A stretch of 64,000 nt of DNA, from assembly GCA_951406725.2 (NCBI GenBank), contig OX597842.1:12152001-12216000 (forward strand). The letters are read 5' to 3'. The notes under the pieces are model-generated. The model saw only the letters and a program-made list of their open reading frames with translations, was not told the DNA's origin and made no database searches. The translations under genes and the position numbers were made by a program. This document shows, one piece after another, positions 1 through 11,769 of this stretch. Source of the stretch: Octopus vulgaris. Its lineage: Eukaryota. Position 1 is the first letter of the stretch. Every line of letters starts with the position of its first letter.

Positions 1-301
1 ATCTTATAGTCGTCATTCATATCGAGCCCTTCGGGGTATTAGCGCGCGTCTACGATGAGTCTACGATTTAAAAAAAAAATTACCATAATTTGTTTCCATT
101 TTAATGCATTTTTTCGCTATTATATAAGGGAAGTAACTCTCTAAAAATGTTTACGATGAATCAACGATTTCAAAAAAATTTACCATCATTCTTTTGCCAT
201 ATTTAATGCATTTTTTTGCTATTTTTTGGCTATAACTCTCTAAAAATGCTTATATAGTTATTTCCCTTACAAACCCGAAGAACGCCGGGCGATACTGCTA
301 G
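1..301 (+). mobile_element. Non-autonomous Helitron, 3' part (runs off the window start)
   Basis: Ends in a subterminal hairpin CCCG..CGGG, then CTAG|T. Same family as the copies at 4973, 24724, 32310 and 51764. Confidence 0.75.
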
Positions 302-589
302 TAATACATAAATACGAAGGGTTTGTTTCAGTTTCTGCCAACCAAGTCCACTACAAATGCTTCTGTCGGCCCGTGGCTATATATTAGAAGACACGGTATC
401 ACGCAGTGGAATTGAACCCGCAACCATGTGGTTGGGATGTAATTTTCTCATAATACAGTTACACCTGCACCTAGGAAAGTTCTTACGAGTTTATCCGGCA
501 GATACAATTTTGTGACTCCCATTAACAAATGAAATAGGATGAATAAATTATATCAAACATTTGCCCAACTTTCTTTAATGTAACCATTC

Positions 590-745
590 ACGCGCTGTTG
601 GCGATTTCTCTTCCTTCTTTGGAATTTTTCCTTTCTCCTTTCCGACGAAGAGCTATGCACGAAACATCAAACACTCTCTCCTTCAACCGAGCGTTAAACT
701 AATTCATTTTTTGTTCACATCCTCTTGTCCGTTAATTTCATTTGT
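590..745 (+). mobile_element. Degenerate PLE pseudo-LTR fragment with decayed minimal HHR-like motif
   Basis: ttt-CCGACGA-AGAGCTATGCAC-GAAACATC-AAAC resembles the 11139/31022/53420 family. Downstream gagcgttaaactaat is shared with the 50735 copy. Confidence 0.5.
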
Positions 746-750
746 TTATC

Positions 751-1426
751 TGGTAAGTAGCTTGCTAACCAACCACATGGTTCTGGGTTCAGTCCCACTG
801 CGTGGCATCTTGGGTAAGTGTCTTCTGCTATAGCCCCGGGCCGACCAATGCCTTGTGAGTGGATTTGGTAGACGGAAACTGAAAGAAGCCCGTCCTATAT
901 ATGTATATAGGCGCAGGAGTGGCTGTGTGGTAAGTAGCTTGCTAACCAACCACATGGTTCTGGGTTCAGTCCCACTGCGTGGCATCTTGGGTAAGTGTCT
1001 TCTGCTATAGCCCCGGGCCGACCAATGCCTTGTGAGTGGATTTGGTAGACGGAAACTGAAAGAAGCCCGTCCTATATATGTATATAGGCGCAGGAGTGGC
1101 TGTGTGGTAAGTAGTTTGCTAACCGACCACATGGTTCTGGCTTCAGTCCCACTGCGTGGCATCTTGGGCAAGTGTCTTCTGCTATAGCCCCGGGCCGACC
1201 AATGCCTTGTGAGTGGATTTGGTAGACGGAAACTAAAAGAAGCCCGTCCTATATATGTATATAGGCACAGGAGTGGCTGTGTGGTAAGTAGCTTGCTAAC
1301 CGACCACATGGTTCTGGGTTCAGTCCCACTGCGTGGCATCTTGGGCAAGTGTCTTCTGCTATAGCCCCGGGCCGACCAATGCCTTGTGAGTGGATTTGGT
1401 AGACGGAAACTGAAAGAAGCCTGTCG

Positions 1427-1457
<31 letters not shown>

Positions 1458-1677
1458 ATATGTGTTTGAGTGTCTGTTATTGTCCCCCTAGCATTGGTTG
1501 ACAACCGATGCTGGTGTGTTTTTACGTACCCGTCACTTAGCGGTTCGGCAAAAGAGACCGATAGAATAAGTACTGGGCTTACAAAGAATAAGTCCCGGGG
1601 TCGATTTGCTCGACTAAAGGCGGTGCTCCAGCATGGCCGCAGTCAAATGACTGAAACAAGTAAAAGAGTAAAAGAGT
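751..1677 (+). mobile_element. SINE family 1 with four tandem 177-bp heads and one body/tail
   Basis: A-box-like TGGCTGTGTGG and B-box-like GGTTCAGTCCC. Heads at 751 (truncated), 910, 1087 and 1264. Internal (TA)/(TG) tract and (TAAAAGAG)n tail. Confidence 0.9.
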
Positions 1678-1743
1678 ATATAAATATATATGTGTCTGTT
1701 TGTGTGTTCGTCTTCTCCGTGTATCTGTGTGTCTGTGTAAGGG

Positions 1744-1841
<98 letters not shown>

Positions 1842-2710
1842 GACTGATTGTCAGATCGAAGATAGATATAACAAATTTCCTATCATTTTCTCTCTTTCTC
1901 CTTAATAAAGAAATCTCATTAAAATTGATGTCCCAAAAGTAAAAGATCAAATTGCCAAGAACAAAAATAAGTACAAATTTCAAATCTACAAATAATTTAT
2001 TTTCAAAAAAATTAAAATACAAATAAAATCTTCCAGAAAATTCCTTCTGCATTTAAGGATACATACTAATCAATTCCTCTGCTAAAAATAGAATCTAAAC
2101 TATTTAAAGCAAACAATTACATCTAAAATATAAGGAAGACCTATAAAACTCTTAACAATCTCAAACACAACGCTAAAAAAATGTTAATGAAAACATCAGC
2201 ATCTATTGTTATTTAGTAACAATTATTTCTACTCGCGGCGGTGATAAACCTATGCAATGATGAATTTAATGCTTCAAATCGCAGTTAATTCCTATACGAG
2301 ACATATTAGAAGTTATTTTAAATGTTCAGACAATCAGAAAAGCAAGAGAAAATGATTAATAAAAGACATCAACCGTCCGTAGTTAATATTTCGGATGAGG
2401 AAAATGGAGGTGTCTGCTCAAGGTTTTATCTCCAACTGCTTCGAGAAAAAAAGCCATCCTTTTATGATGCGAGAAGTGGTGATTCCAAACTACATAGTTT
2501 CGGATTCAGTCCCACAGCTTAACACGTGGCAATTATTCGGTTGTCATAATAAAACTAGTTTTTAATTCTTTTTATTTTTTCCCCTTCGGGTTTTTTACCT
2601 GTATTTAGCCGTCATTCTAATATCTCTTTTGTTTGTCTTAATAACGGTCAATTACAAAGTAATTTCCCTCCATTTAAGGATTATTTTCATAGCATTTTTT
2701 TTTTTTTTTT

Positions 2711-2789
2711 GGTTGTCTTAATAACTGACGAAATGCCGGAGCAGATTTCCGCCCCGACTTCCGAAACTCAGAGTTTTATCATGGCAACC
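2711..2789 (+). ncRNA. Type I hammerhead ribozyme motif, partly decayed
   Basis: ggttgtcttaataa-CTGACGA-...-GAAA-CTCAGAG-TT-ttatcatggcaacc. Paralog of 3445-3523. Confidence 0.55.
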
Positions 2790-3062
2790 GAATAATTCTC
2801 ACAGCGTCACAGGCAAATATCTTCTGCTGTGCCCTAGTTCCGATCGAGAAGGTGAATCACAATGACCTCTTTGTGTGCACAGTTTGTGACAGACCATGCC
2901 TTTCTTTCCAAACTACACGGTTTCGAATTCAGTCCCACAGCGTAACACGTGGCAATTATTCGGTTGTCATAATAAAACTATTTTTTATTATTTTACTTTT
3001 TCCCCTTCAGGTTTTTTACCTTTATTTAACGGCCATTCCAAAAGCTCTTTTGTTTGTCTTAA

Positions 3063-3379
3063 CCCCTTACCCGGCAGAAACGAATATATGCGTTTTGACC
3101 GAAATCGTTTTTTTTTTTTTCTATCTCTGGCGAGTTAACTCGTCAAAAGATAGACTCGCCAAAATCGACAGCAAACGAGTTCCTTCGTCTATTATAAACT
3201 CTTTTTTGACATATACGAGTATATTCGCTCACTTTATACGTCTGGCAGTGACAATGAGTCCTTTTGATTTTTTTCTTTGTATATAGATGAAAGAGTTATA
3301 GAGCATGTATTGACTGAAACTAATAAAAAATATGTCTGAAAAAATACATTTATTTTCAAAATAATTGTTGGGTAAGGGG
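3063..3379. mobile_element. piggyBac-type MITE
   Basis: TIR CCCCTTACCC/GGGTAAGGGG with TTAA on both sides (3059-3062, 3380-3383). The paralog shows the empty site gtc-TTAA-taacgg near 2638. Confidence 0.9.
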
Positions 3380-3444
3380 TTAATAACGGTCAATTACAAA
3401 ATAATTTCTCTCCATGTAACGATTATTTTCATAGCATCTTTTGG

Positions 3445-3523
3445 GGTTGCCTTAATAACTGACGAGATGCCGGAGCGGATTTCCGCCTCGACTTCCGAAA
3501 CTCAGAGTTTTATTGTGGCAACC
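3445..3523 (+). ncRNA. Type I hammerhead ribozyme motif
   Basis: Stem I GGTTGCC-T-TAATAA pairs with TTATTG-T-GGCAACC. Core CTGACGA (3459) and GAAA (3497). Stem III CTC-A-GAG, GUU triplet. Base of stem II is imperfect. Confidence 0.65.
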
Positions 3524-3579
3524 GAATAATTGTCACAGCCTAACAGGTAAATATCTTCTGCTGTGCCCTAGTTCCGATC

Positions 3580-3962
3580 GAGAAGGTGAATCACAATGAC
3601 CTTTTTGTGTGCACAGTTTGTGACAGACCATGTCTTTCTTTTGCTGGACTCAAATCTCATTTGCGAACGCATAGAAAGCGAATCTCCACCAACTATTCTG
3701 CCTATCTGTCTGCGCACACCTTTGAATGCAGTCTATGCCAGAAGTTTTGCAAATCCAACGGAGGCCCCAAAATACATTTTAAGATCCACAAAGATCAGAA
3801 ATTATCTGCAGCTCTTGGTGGTCCAAATCGGATGTGCAATCTATGTGGGTGGCTTTTCAGAACATTGTCTGGTTTAAAAAGCCACATCAGACACCATGAT
3901 GGTTCTAAGGTGTAGGTAGAGGTGGTGGTCAGATGCTGCATAAGGAGTAGACAACCATCATA
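3580..3962 (+). mobile_element. Probable 3' end of an RTE-clade LINE encoding three C2H2-like zinc fingers
   Basis: ORF 3586-3915: CTVCDRPCLSFAGLKSHLRTH, CSLCQKFC..IHFKIH, CNLCGWLF..LKSHIRHH. No TGEKP linkers. Short 3' UTR ending caaccatcat. Confidence 0.55.
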
Positions 3963-3965
3963 TAT

Positions 3966-4376
3966 GGCGCAGGAGTGGCTGTGTGGTAAGTAGCTTGTCT
4001 ACCAACCGCATGGTTCCGGGTTCAGTCCCACTGCGTGGCACCTTGGGTAAGTGTCTTCTACTATAGCCTCGGGCCGACCAAAGCCTTGTGAGTGGATTTG
4101 GTAGACGGAAACTGAAAGAAGCCCGTCGTATATATGTATATATATATATGCGTGTATGTTTTTGTGTGTCTGTGTTTGTCCCCCTAGCATTGCTTGACAA
4201 CCGATGCTGGTGTGTTTATGTCCCCGTCAACTAGCGGTTCGGCAAAAGAGACCGATAGAATAAGTACTGGTCTTACAAAGAATAAGTCCCGGGATCGAGT
4301 TTCGCGATTAAAGGCGGTGCTCCAGCATGGCCGCAGTCAAATGACTGAAACATGTAAAAGAGTAAAGAGAGAGAGT
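3966..4376 (+). mobile_element. SINE family 1, full length
   Basis: Head, internal microsatellite, 3' CAGTC-AAAT-GACTG hairpin and tail. Confidence 0.9.
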
Positions 4377-4436
4377 ATACGTATATATGTATATGTGCAT
4401 GTTTCTCTGTGTGTGTGAGTGAGTGTGTGTGTGTGC

Positions 4437-4469
<33 letters not shown>

Positions 4470-4972
4470 TGTGTGTGTGTGTGCGTGTGTGTAAATTAGC
4501 GGTTCGGTAAAAGATTTACTTAGTACCAAGCTTCAAAATATACGTAAGTATATGGGTTCGATTAATTCGATTAACAACGATTCTTCAAAGCAGTACTCCA
4601 GCATGTCCGCAGTCTGACGACTGAAACACGTTGCAGGTAACCGTTAGAAGATAAAAGATGTGTAATTGAATGTCTCCAACGAACCAAGAATTAATTACTT
4701 TTCATGGTTGACATGAAATACGTACCGACTGAAGATGATATAAACTCTATTTTTATGTCGGTCATTAACATCATTACAGGAATGATCATGAAATTTAATT
4801 ACACCGTGAAGGCGTTAATTAGCAGCAACTTTTAATAGCTGCAGTGGATGTAAAGCTACGTGGAAATATAAACTCAGGTACGGCTATGGGGTAAGAAGTA
4901 GCTCCGTACTAAACATTACATTGTGTGACTAAAATTTAATATTTTTTTTTTATCTTTGAACATTAAGCGTTA

Positions 4973-5486
4973 TCTATATATATAAAACTGTAGTTGTGTG
5001 AGTGTCTTTCCCCCTACGATTTAGATTCCTAACTACTCCCACATTTTGCGGTCCAGTTTAAACTAATTCGGATATCTTATAGTCGTGATTCATATCAAGC
5101 CCGTCTGAGTATTAGCGCGCGTCTACGATGAGTCTACGATTTTAAAAATAATTTAACATCATTTTTTATTCCATTTTAATGCATAATTTTTCGTGTGTCG
5201 ATGGCGGCGGAGTTGGCGTCCATGGTCACACCTGCACCTGTTTGCTTCTCCCCCTTCTTCCCTCCATCGTTAAGCTATGGGGAAGGGAGTGTAAGGAAAT
5301 CAACGTCGTAAAGCGTTGTCAAGGAGACCAGCGTTCTTTTAGAACAACGACTTCATGGCTTGAAGACACCAAAACAGAAATGGCTAAGAAAGCCCGAATT
5401 GGCATCTATAAAGGAAGTAACTCTCTAAAAATGCTTATATAGTTATTTCCCTTACAAACCCGAGCAACGCCGGGCGATACTGCTAG
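4973..5486 (+). mobile_element. Non-autonomous Helitron, longer internal variant
   Basis: A|TC start, hairpin CCCGAGCAACGCCGGG, CTAG|T end, no TSD. Extra segment ~5190-5405. Confidence 0.85.
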
Positions 5487-5627
5487 TTTCTTATATGATT
5501 CTATCTAGAAATCAAATTTTGCTTTTGTCCCCTGAACAGCAATATTTTGAAACTCACCAATTTTCCATTACATTTCAGACACATGCAGCGTTGAGTTGCT
5601 GATGCAGAAACATCGTTATATCAAATA

Positions 5628-5842
5628 TTTACTCTTTTACTCTTTTACTTGTTTCAGTCATTTGACTGCGGCCATGCTGGAGCACCGCCTTTAATCGAGC
5701 AACTCGACCCCGGGACTTATTCTTTTGTAAGCCCAGTACTTATTCTATCGGTCTCTTTTGCGAACCGCTAAGTAACGGGGCCGTAAACACACCAGCATCG
5801 GTTGTCAAGCAATGCTAGGGGGACAAACACAGACACACACGC

Positions 5843-5913
<71 letters not shown>

Positions 5914-6253
5914 TACGACGGGCTTCTTTCAGTTTCCTCTACCAAATCCACTCACAAGGCTTTGGTCGGCCCGAGGCTATAGTAGAAGACACTTGCCCAA
6001 GGTGCCACGCAGTGGGACTGAACCCGAAACCATGTGGTTGGTAAACAAGATACTTACCACACAGCCACTCCTGCGCCTATATACATATATACAACGGGAT
6101 TTTTCAGTTTCCGTCTACGAAATCCACTCACAAGGCATTGGTCGGCGCGAGGCTATAGCAGAAGACACTTGCCCAAGGTGCTACGCCATGGGACTGAACC
6201 CAAAACCATGTGGTTGGTAAACAAGCTACTTACCACACAGCCACTCCTGCGCC
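5628..6253 (-). mobile_element. SINE family 1 with duplicated head
   Basis: Reverse complement of family 1 with two heads. Confidence 0.9.
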
Positions 6254-6507
6254 TATTCTGCTCAATACCATAGATTTGTTTGTTGTATTTGGCCAGCAAG
6301 CGTTATTTCTTATTTGCTTCTATCTAGAAATCAAAGGAAACGACTACTATTCCCTTCAGACTTTGCTTTTCTCGCTTAAACATCAATGTTTTGAAACTAA
6401 TCCATTTTCCATTATATTTCAGAGAGATTCAGCGCCAAATTACAGAAGTAGAAAAGTTATAAATATTCTGCTCGGGAGTCAGATTTCTTTGACAGTTGCT
6501 TGACCTT

Positions 6508-6742
6508 AACCTATTTCTTTACTACCCACAAGGGGCTGAACACAGAGAGGACAAACAAGGACAGACAAACGGATTAAGTCGATTACATCGACCCCAGTGC
6601 GTAACTGGTACTTAATTTATCGACCCCGAAAGGATGAAAGGCGAAGTTGACCTCGGCGGAATTTGAACTCAGAACGTAAAGACAGACGAAATACCGCTAA
6701 GCACTTCGCCCGGCGTGCTAACGTTTCTGCCAGCTCGCCGCC
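6508..6742 (-). mobile_element. SINE family 2 (tRNA-like head; central domain resembles the Meta-SINE domain)
   Basis: Reverse complement of ggcggcgagctggcag...gccgaggtcaacttcgcctttcatcctttcggggtcgataaattaagtaccag. Flanked by repeated gttgcttgaccttaacc. Confidence 0.85.
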
Positions 6743-7067
6743 TTGACCTCTGTTGCTTGACCTTAACCACTCGAGCATATCTCTTAATGGCTGACAATAT
6801 GTGCATCTCTGGTGACGAGCAAGAGTAGTGGGGGAACATCGCTACTATGTTGAGAAGGATTCTTTGGGGTTTGAGTAAATGTAACGAAAGCAGTTTGAAG
6901 GAAATATTAGCTATTTTTCATAGGTTCTAGGGATCAACAAATAAGGAATGACCGCTGCTGCCCAAGGACAAAAATCAATTTACATAGTTTTATCGATATC
7001 ACATATTCAATGTTAAGCGCTTTCATACAGCGGTACTTCGTCCAGGGAAAGTCGATTTAATGATGTA

Positions 7068-8178
7068 TTGGGTTGTCCGGAAAGTTCGTGCCGATTTATA
7101 CTAGCTTACCTTTCGATTTATTTTAGAACATGGTTGAGTTCATAAAATAGGATTTGGCTACACCTCCATTTAGAGCACAGTTTAAGCTATCTTTTCGTGG
7201 AAGAAGGTTTATGTTCCTTTTTTCATTCTGGTGTCCCCCAACCCACAGCCATGCGATGTTTAAAAACTAGTTTTATAGATATTACCCTCAAAATTCCTAT
7301 TTTGTTTTCCTCCCCCATTAAATTGTGTTGGTTGAACTATGTAAAATGTTTAAGAAACCTTACTCTTTCTTGTAATACATACAAATATTGGGTTGTCCAG
7401 AAAGTTCGTGCCAATTTATAGTAGCTTGCCTTTCTACTTATTTTAGAACATGTTTGAGTCCATAAAATAGAATTTGACTACACCTCCATTTAGAGCACAG
7501 TTTAAGCTATCTTTTCGTGGAAGAAGGTTTATGTTCCTGTAACCTGTGTTAATTCTGTAACCCTTTAAAATGGAAGATAAGAAAGTTCATTTTCGGCACT
7601 TGATGCTTAGGGAACCTGACAAAAATTGCTGCAGCTCGGCTGGTATGTGTTACCCACCCTCCATATTCACCAGATATTGCTCCTTTGGATTTCCACTTAT
7701 TCAGGTCTCTGCAGAATAGTCTTAAACCTTTTGTTACCATATTTCTGTTGAGATGTTCTGTGTTTCTTTCGATTAATTTTAAATATAACAAAGAATTTAG
7801 TAAAATAACTTCGTTATCCTTAAGCTAGTGTTGGGAACATAAATTGTGACTAAGGTTTGGTGGAAGATTTTAATTCAGAACTTATGAAAACATGACATTT
7901 GTACTACAAAGCCAGGGACGGTTTCAGCCAGGTCGGTATCAAAAGGGTTAATGGTAAAAATTTCAATTCCTTGGATGACGTAAAAAGATACCTTGATGAA
8001 TTCTTTACTATGAAACCGCCTCAATTCTGGGAAGAGGGTATTTTCAAGTTAAAGGATAGATGGAGACGCATTGTGCAACAAAATGGTTCATATTTGGCCG
8101 ATTAAAAATCTAATGGCAAGTATTTATTGACCTTTTTCTTTCCTTTAAAAATCGGCACGAATTTTCCGGACAACCCAA
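7068..8178 (+). mobile_element. Internally deleted mariner transposon with a duplicated left end
   Basis: TIR TA|TTGGGTTGTCCGGAAAGTTCGTGCCGATTT at 7068 and again at 7388. Right TIR ends at 8178|TA. Transposase C-terminus HPPYSPDIAPLDFHLFRSLQNSL/NGKNFNSLDDVK...RWRRIVQQNGSY. Confidence 0.9.
7726..7947. mobile_element. TTAA-flanked MITE nested in the mariner transposase
   Basis: TTAA at 7722-7725 and 7948-7951. TIR CCTTTTGTTACC/GGTATCAAAAGG. Removing it restores the frame LQNSLNGKNF. Confidence 0.85.
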
Positions 8179-8195
8179 TAGTTTTGAAAAACACG

Positions 8196-8559
8196 TCATA
8201 TTTCAAAGACAGGCGTAACTACTCGGTGGGAGATATGGATATTGCGTTTTATTTCACTGCCTTCGAACCGCCAATTAACGAGTGTAATGTTCGACTTGGC
8301 CATCAGAGATGTCAGGTCCTCTGTCGAATATCTCTTACAGCTCGTTTGACTGGGGCCAGGTGGGATCTTTTGACGAGTTGCACTTGTTTCATTGAACGGC
8401 GTCTTGGTTAATATGATCGGCCTGCGGCGACACACCCGTCTGAGTCCTTCGATGGGCTGAGCGATGCATCCCCGGACCACGTGGCACCATCGACATTTAA
8501 AATACGGGTTCTGGCTACAGCCACCCGATTGAGACAGGGCCTCATCCATATGAAGACAC
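8196..8559 (-). CDS. Candidate terminal coding exon of an unidentified Cys-rich host protein
   Basis: Unique, higher-GC sequence with acceptor ttgttcccgcAG. Phase-2 frame CLHMDEALSQSGGCSQNPYFKCRWCHVVRGCIAQ... is open to the stop at 8196. Confidence 0.35.
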
Positions 8560-8704
8560 CTGCGGGAACAATTACGGTAAATATAGAGCAAGCCGCCTTT
8601 TGGTAAAGTACTGTGCTGTAAGATTGAACCTGAAATTACGTAACTGTAAAGCAAACTTCTGAACCAAAGAGACATGCCAGCCACCGCTTATGTATGTATG
8701 TATG

Positions 8705-8738
<34 letters not shown>

Positions 8739-8832
8739 TGTATGTATGTATGTATGTATATATGTGCGTATGTATGTACGTATGTATGTATGTAGAAAAT
8801 TACATACATACATATATATATATGTATGTGTG

Positions 8833-8864
<32 letters not shown>

Positions 8865-8904
8865 TGTATGTATGTATGTATGTATGTATATATCTATCTA
8901 TCTG

Positions 8905-9031
<127 letters not shown>

Positions 9032-9488
9032 GGTGAGCTTCTTTCAGTTTCCGTCTACCAAATCCACTCACAAAGCTTTTGGTCGGACCCAGACTAAAAT
9101 AGAAGATACTTGCCCAAGGTGCCTCGCAGCGGGACAGAACGCCGAACCGTGTGGTTGGGAAGCAAGCGTTTTAAAAACACACCCACTCCCGCTCCCCCTC
9201 CTCCACCTTCTCCTCCTCCTCCTTCTCCTTCCAAACAATAATCTCCCTCCTCCTTCCTGCTCCTTCCTCTTCCTCGAACACAAATCGTCCCATCTTTAAC
9301 GTAATTAAATTAATAAAAAATCTCTTATGCGTTCTATTTTGTTATTTTATTCTATCGGTCTCTTTAGCCAAACTGCTAAGTTACAGGTACGTAAACGCCC
9401 CAGCATCGGTTGTCAAGCGATGTTGGGTGTACGAACACAGACACACAGACATATAAAAAAATAAAAATAATAACGAAATTATTGCATA

Positions 9489-9886
9489 GGCGCAGGAGTG
9501 GCTGTGTGGTAAGTAGCTTGCTTACCAACCACATGGTTCCGGGTTCAGTCCCACTGCGTGGCATCTTGGGCAAGTGTCTTCTGCTATAGCCCCGGGCCGA
9601 CCAATGCCTTGTGAGTGGATTTGGTAGACGGAAACTGAAAGAAGCCCGTCATATATATGTATGTATGTGTGCGTGTTTGCGTGTCTGTGTTTGTCCCCCT
9701 AGCATTGCTTGACAACCGATGCTGGTGTGTTTACGTCCCCGTAACTTAGCGGTTCGGCAAAAGAGACCGATAGAATAAGTACTGGGCTTACAAAGAATGA
9801 GTCCCGGGGGTCGATTTGCTCGACTAAAGGCGGTGCTCCAGCATGGCCGCAGTCAACTGACTGAAACAAGAAAAAGAGTAAAAGAG
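9489..9886 (+). mobile_element. SINE family 1
   Basis: Full-length match to the family consensus. Confidence 0.9.
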
Positions 9887-10429
9887 TGTTAACTGTACCC
9901 TTTGTGTTTTAAAACCCATAAATATGGCTTCGGGTGGGTTTTCGGGGTTGGAATGGATCAATTATATTCCACTGAATTTCAATGGCTAAAATTATTTTGT
10001 AAAACGTATAAATCGCAAGATAAGTTCGGTCGCGAAACAAATAAATCTCGCACTGCGAGTAATGACCTAAGGGAGTTAACTCATTAAACATTTACAAGAG
10101 TTATCTACCCTGGAATATTTTATGATTTCATTCGAATTTACGTTCATGGAGGACAACACTCCAAGACTCGCATTCATCTACCACGCCCTCTCTTCCCCTC
10201 TCTCCCGTACCTTCTCCCCCACCTCCCTCCCTCTTTTCCTCTCTCTCTCTCATTTTCTCCTTCTCCCTGCTTCTTTCTGTATGTGTTTGTATATGGACGA
10301 ATGTCATTTTCTGTGTGCACTCACAAATTATATTTATACACAAAAATACGCTTGCTCACATATACATACATACTCATACACACACACATTATATATATAT
10401 ATATACATATATATATATTGGTTGTCCCG

Positions 10430-10537
10430 TGGCTATAGCAGAAGACACTTGTCCAAGATGCCACGCAGTGGGACTGAACCCGGAACCATGTGGTTGGTAA
10501 ACAAGCTACTTACCACACAGCCTCTCCTATATATATC

Positions 10538-10579
<42 letters not shown>

Positions 10580-10642
10580 GATATATATAGGAGTGGCTGT
10601 GTGGTAAGTAGCTTGTTTACCAACCACATGGTTCCGGGTTCA

Positions 10643-10679
<37 letters not shown>

Positions 10680-11086
10680 TATATATAGGAGTGGCTGTGT
10701 GGTAAGTAGCTTGTTTACCAACCACATGGTTCCGGGTTCAGTCCCACTGCGTGTCATCTTGGGCAAGTGTCTTCTACTTCTCGGGCCGACCAATGCCTTG
10801 TGAGTGGATTTGGAAAGAAGCCTGTCGTATATATGTATATATATGTGTTTATGTGTATGTGTATGTGTTTGTGTGTCTGTGTTTGTCCCCCTAGCAGTGC
10901 TTGACAACCGATGCAGGTGTGTTTACGTCCCCATTACTTAGCGGTTCGGCAAACGAGACCGATAGAATAAGTACTGGGCTTACAAAGAATAAGTCCCGGG
11001 GTCGAGCTGCTCGACTAAAGGCGGTGCTGCAGCATGGCCGCAGTCAAATGACTGAAACAAGTAAAAGAGTAAAAAGAGTAAAGAGT
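10430..11086. mobile_element. Cluster of SINE family 1 fragments (head-to-head pieces plus a full + strand copy)
   Basis: Minus-strand head 10430-10530; plus-strand heads at ~10588 and ~10687, then the body. Confidence 0.85.
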
Positions 11087-11138
11087 ATATATAAATACAT
11101 ATAAATATGCATATATATATATATATATTTATATATAT

Positions 11139-11355
11139 AAAATGTGACCGCGTGTGTACCGTTGGCGATTTTTTTTTTATTTGCTCTGTCTTCCCTTCTC
11201 TGGATCTTTCCTTCTCCTATGTTTCCGACGAAGAGCTCCACTCGAAACGTTAAACCCTCCTTCATTCCTTCTTTCCTGAGTGTCCAATAATACTACACTT
11301 GTTCCACGTCCTCGCGTTGTTGTGTTTTCTTTTGTGTTTTCTTGTTTGGATTAAA
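11139..11355 (+). mobile_element. PLE pseudo-LTR fragment (family B) with minimal HHR motif at 11221-11255
   Basis: GTTT-CCGACGA-AGAGCTCCACTC-GAAACGT-T-AAAC, flanked by TA-rich tracts. Confidence 0.7.
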
Positions 11356-11403
11356 TATATATATATATTTATATGTATTCATATATGCATATATATATAT
11401 AGG

Positions 11404-11494
<91 letters not shown>

Positions 11495-11769
11495 TGAGGC
11501 GCAGGCGTTGCTGTGTGGTAAGAAGCGGCAACGCAAGCGAGCCTATGAGACACTGCCAGGAGCCCCGGAAGACCCGAGAAGAGTTCTCTCTCCTTCGTAA
11601 AGGACCGCGTTCGTGGAATCGGCTCGTCCGGAGATACGGATATGTTGCCTGTAGAGCGCCGCTTTCGGCGGCCCTGGTAAATCCGGGTCTGTAACGATTC
11701 GCACCACTCGAGTCGGTCCGTACCCACCATCCGTAGTAGGTCTCCAAGGTGTACAGCCTCTCGTCAAAA

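Larger units (their letters stand above)
2483..3641 (+). repeat. Diverged tandem duplication of a ~420-bp unit; the second copy is interrupted by a MITE and each copy has an HHR motif
   Basis: 2483-2905 aligns with 2906-3641 once 3063-3383 is removed. Confidence 0.85.

Noticed and set aside
746-1504. 252-aa repetitive ORF and many similar MSSNARG/MPKMPRS ORFs
   Set aside because: Antisense read-through of SINE family 1.
4724-4762. ACCGA-CTGAAGA...TCGGT hammerhead-like relic
   Set aside because: Lacks GAAA and stem II; too decayed to call.
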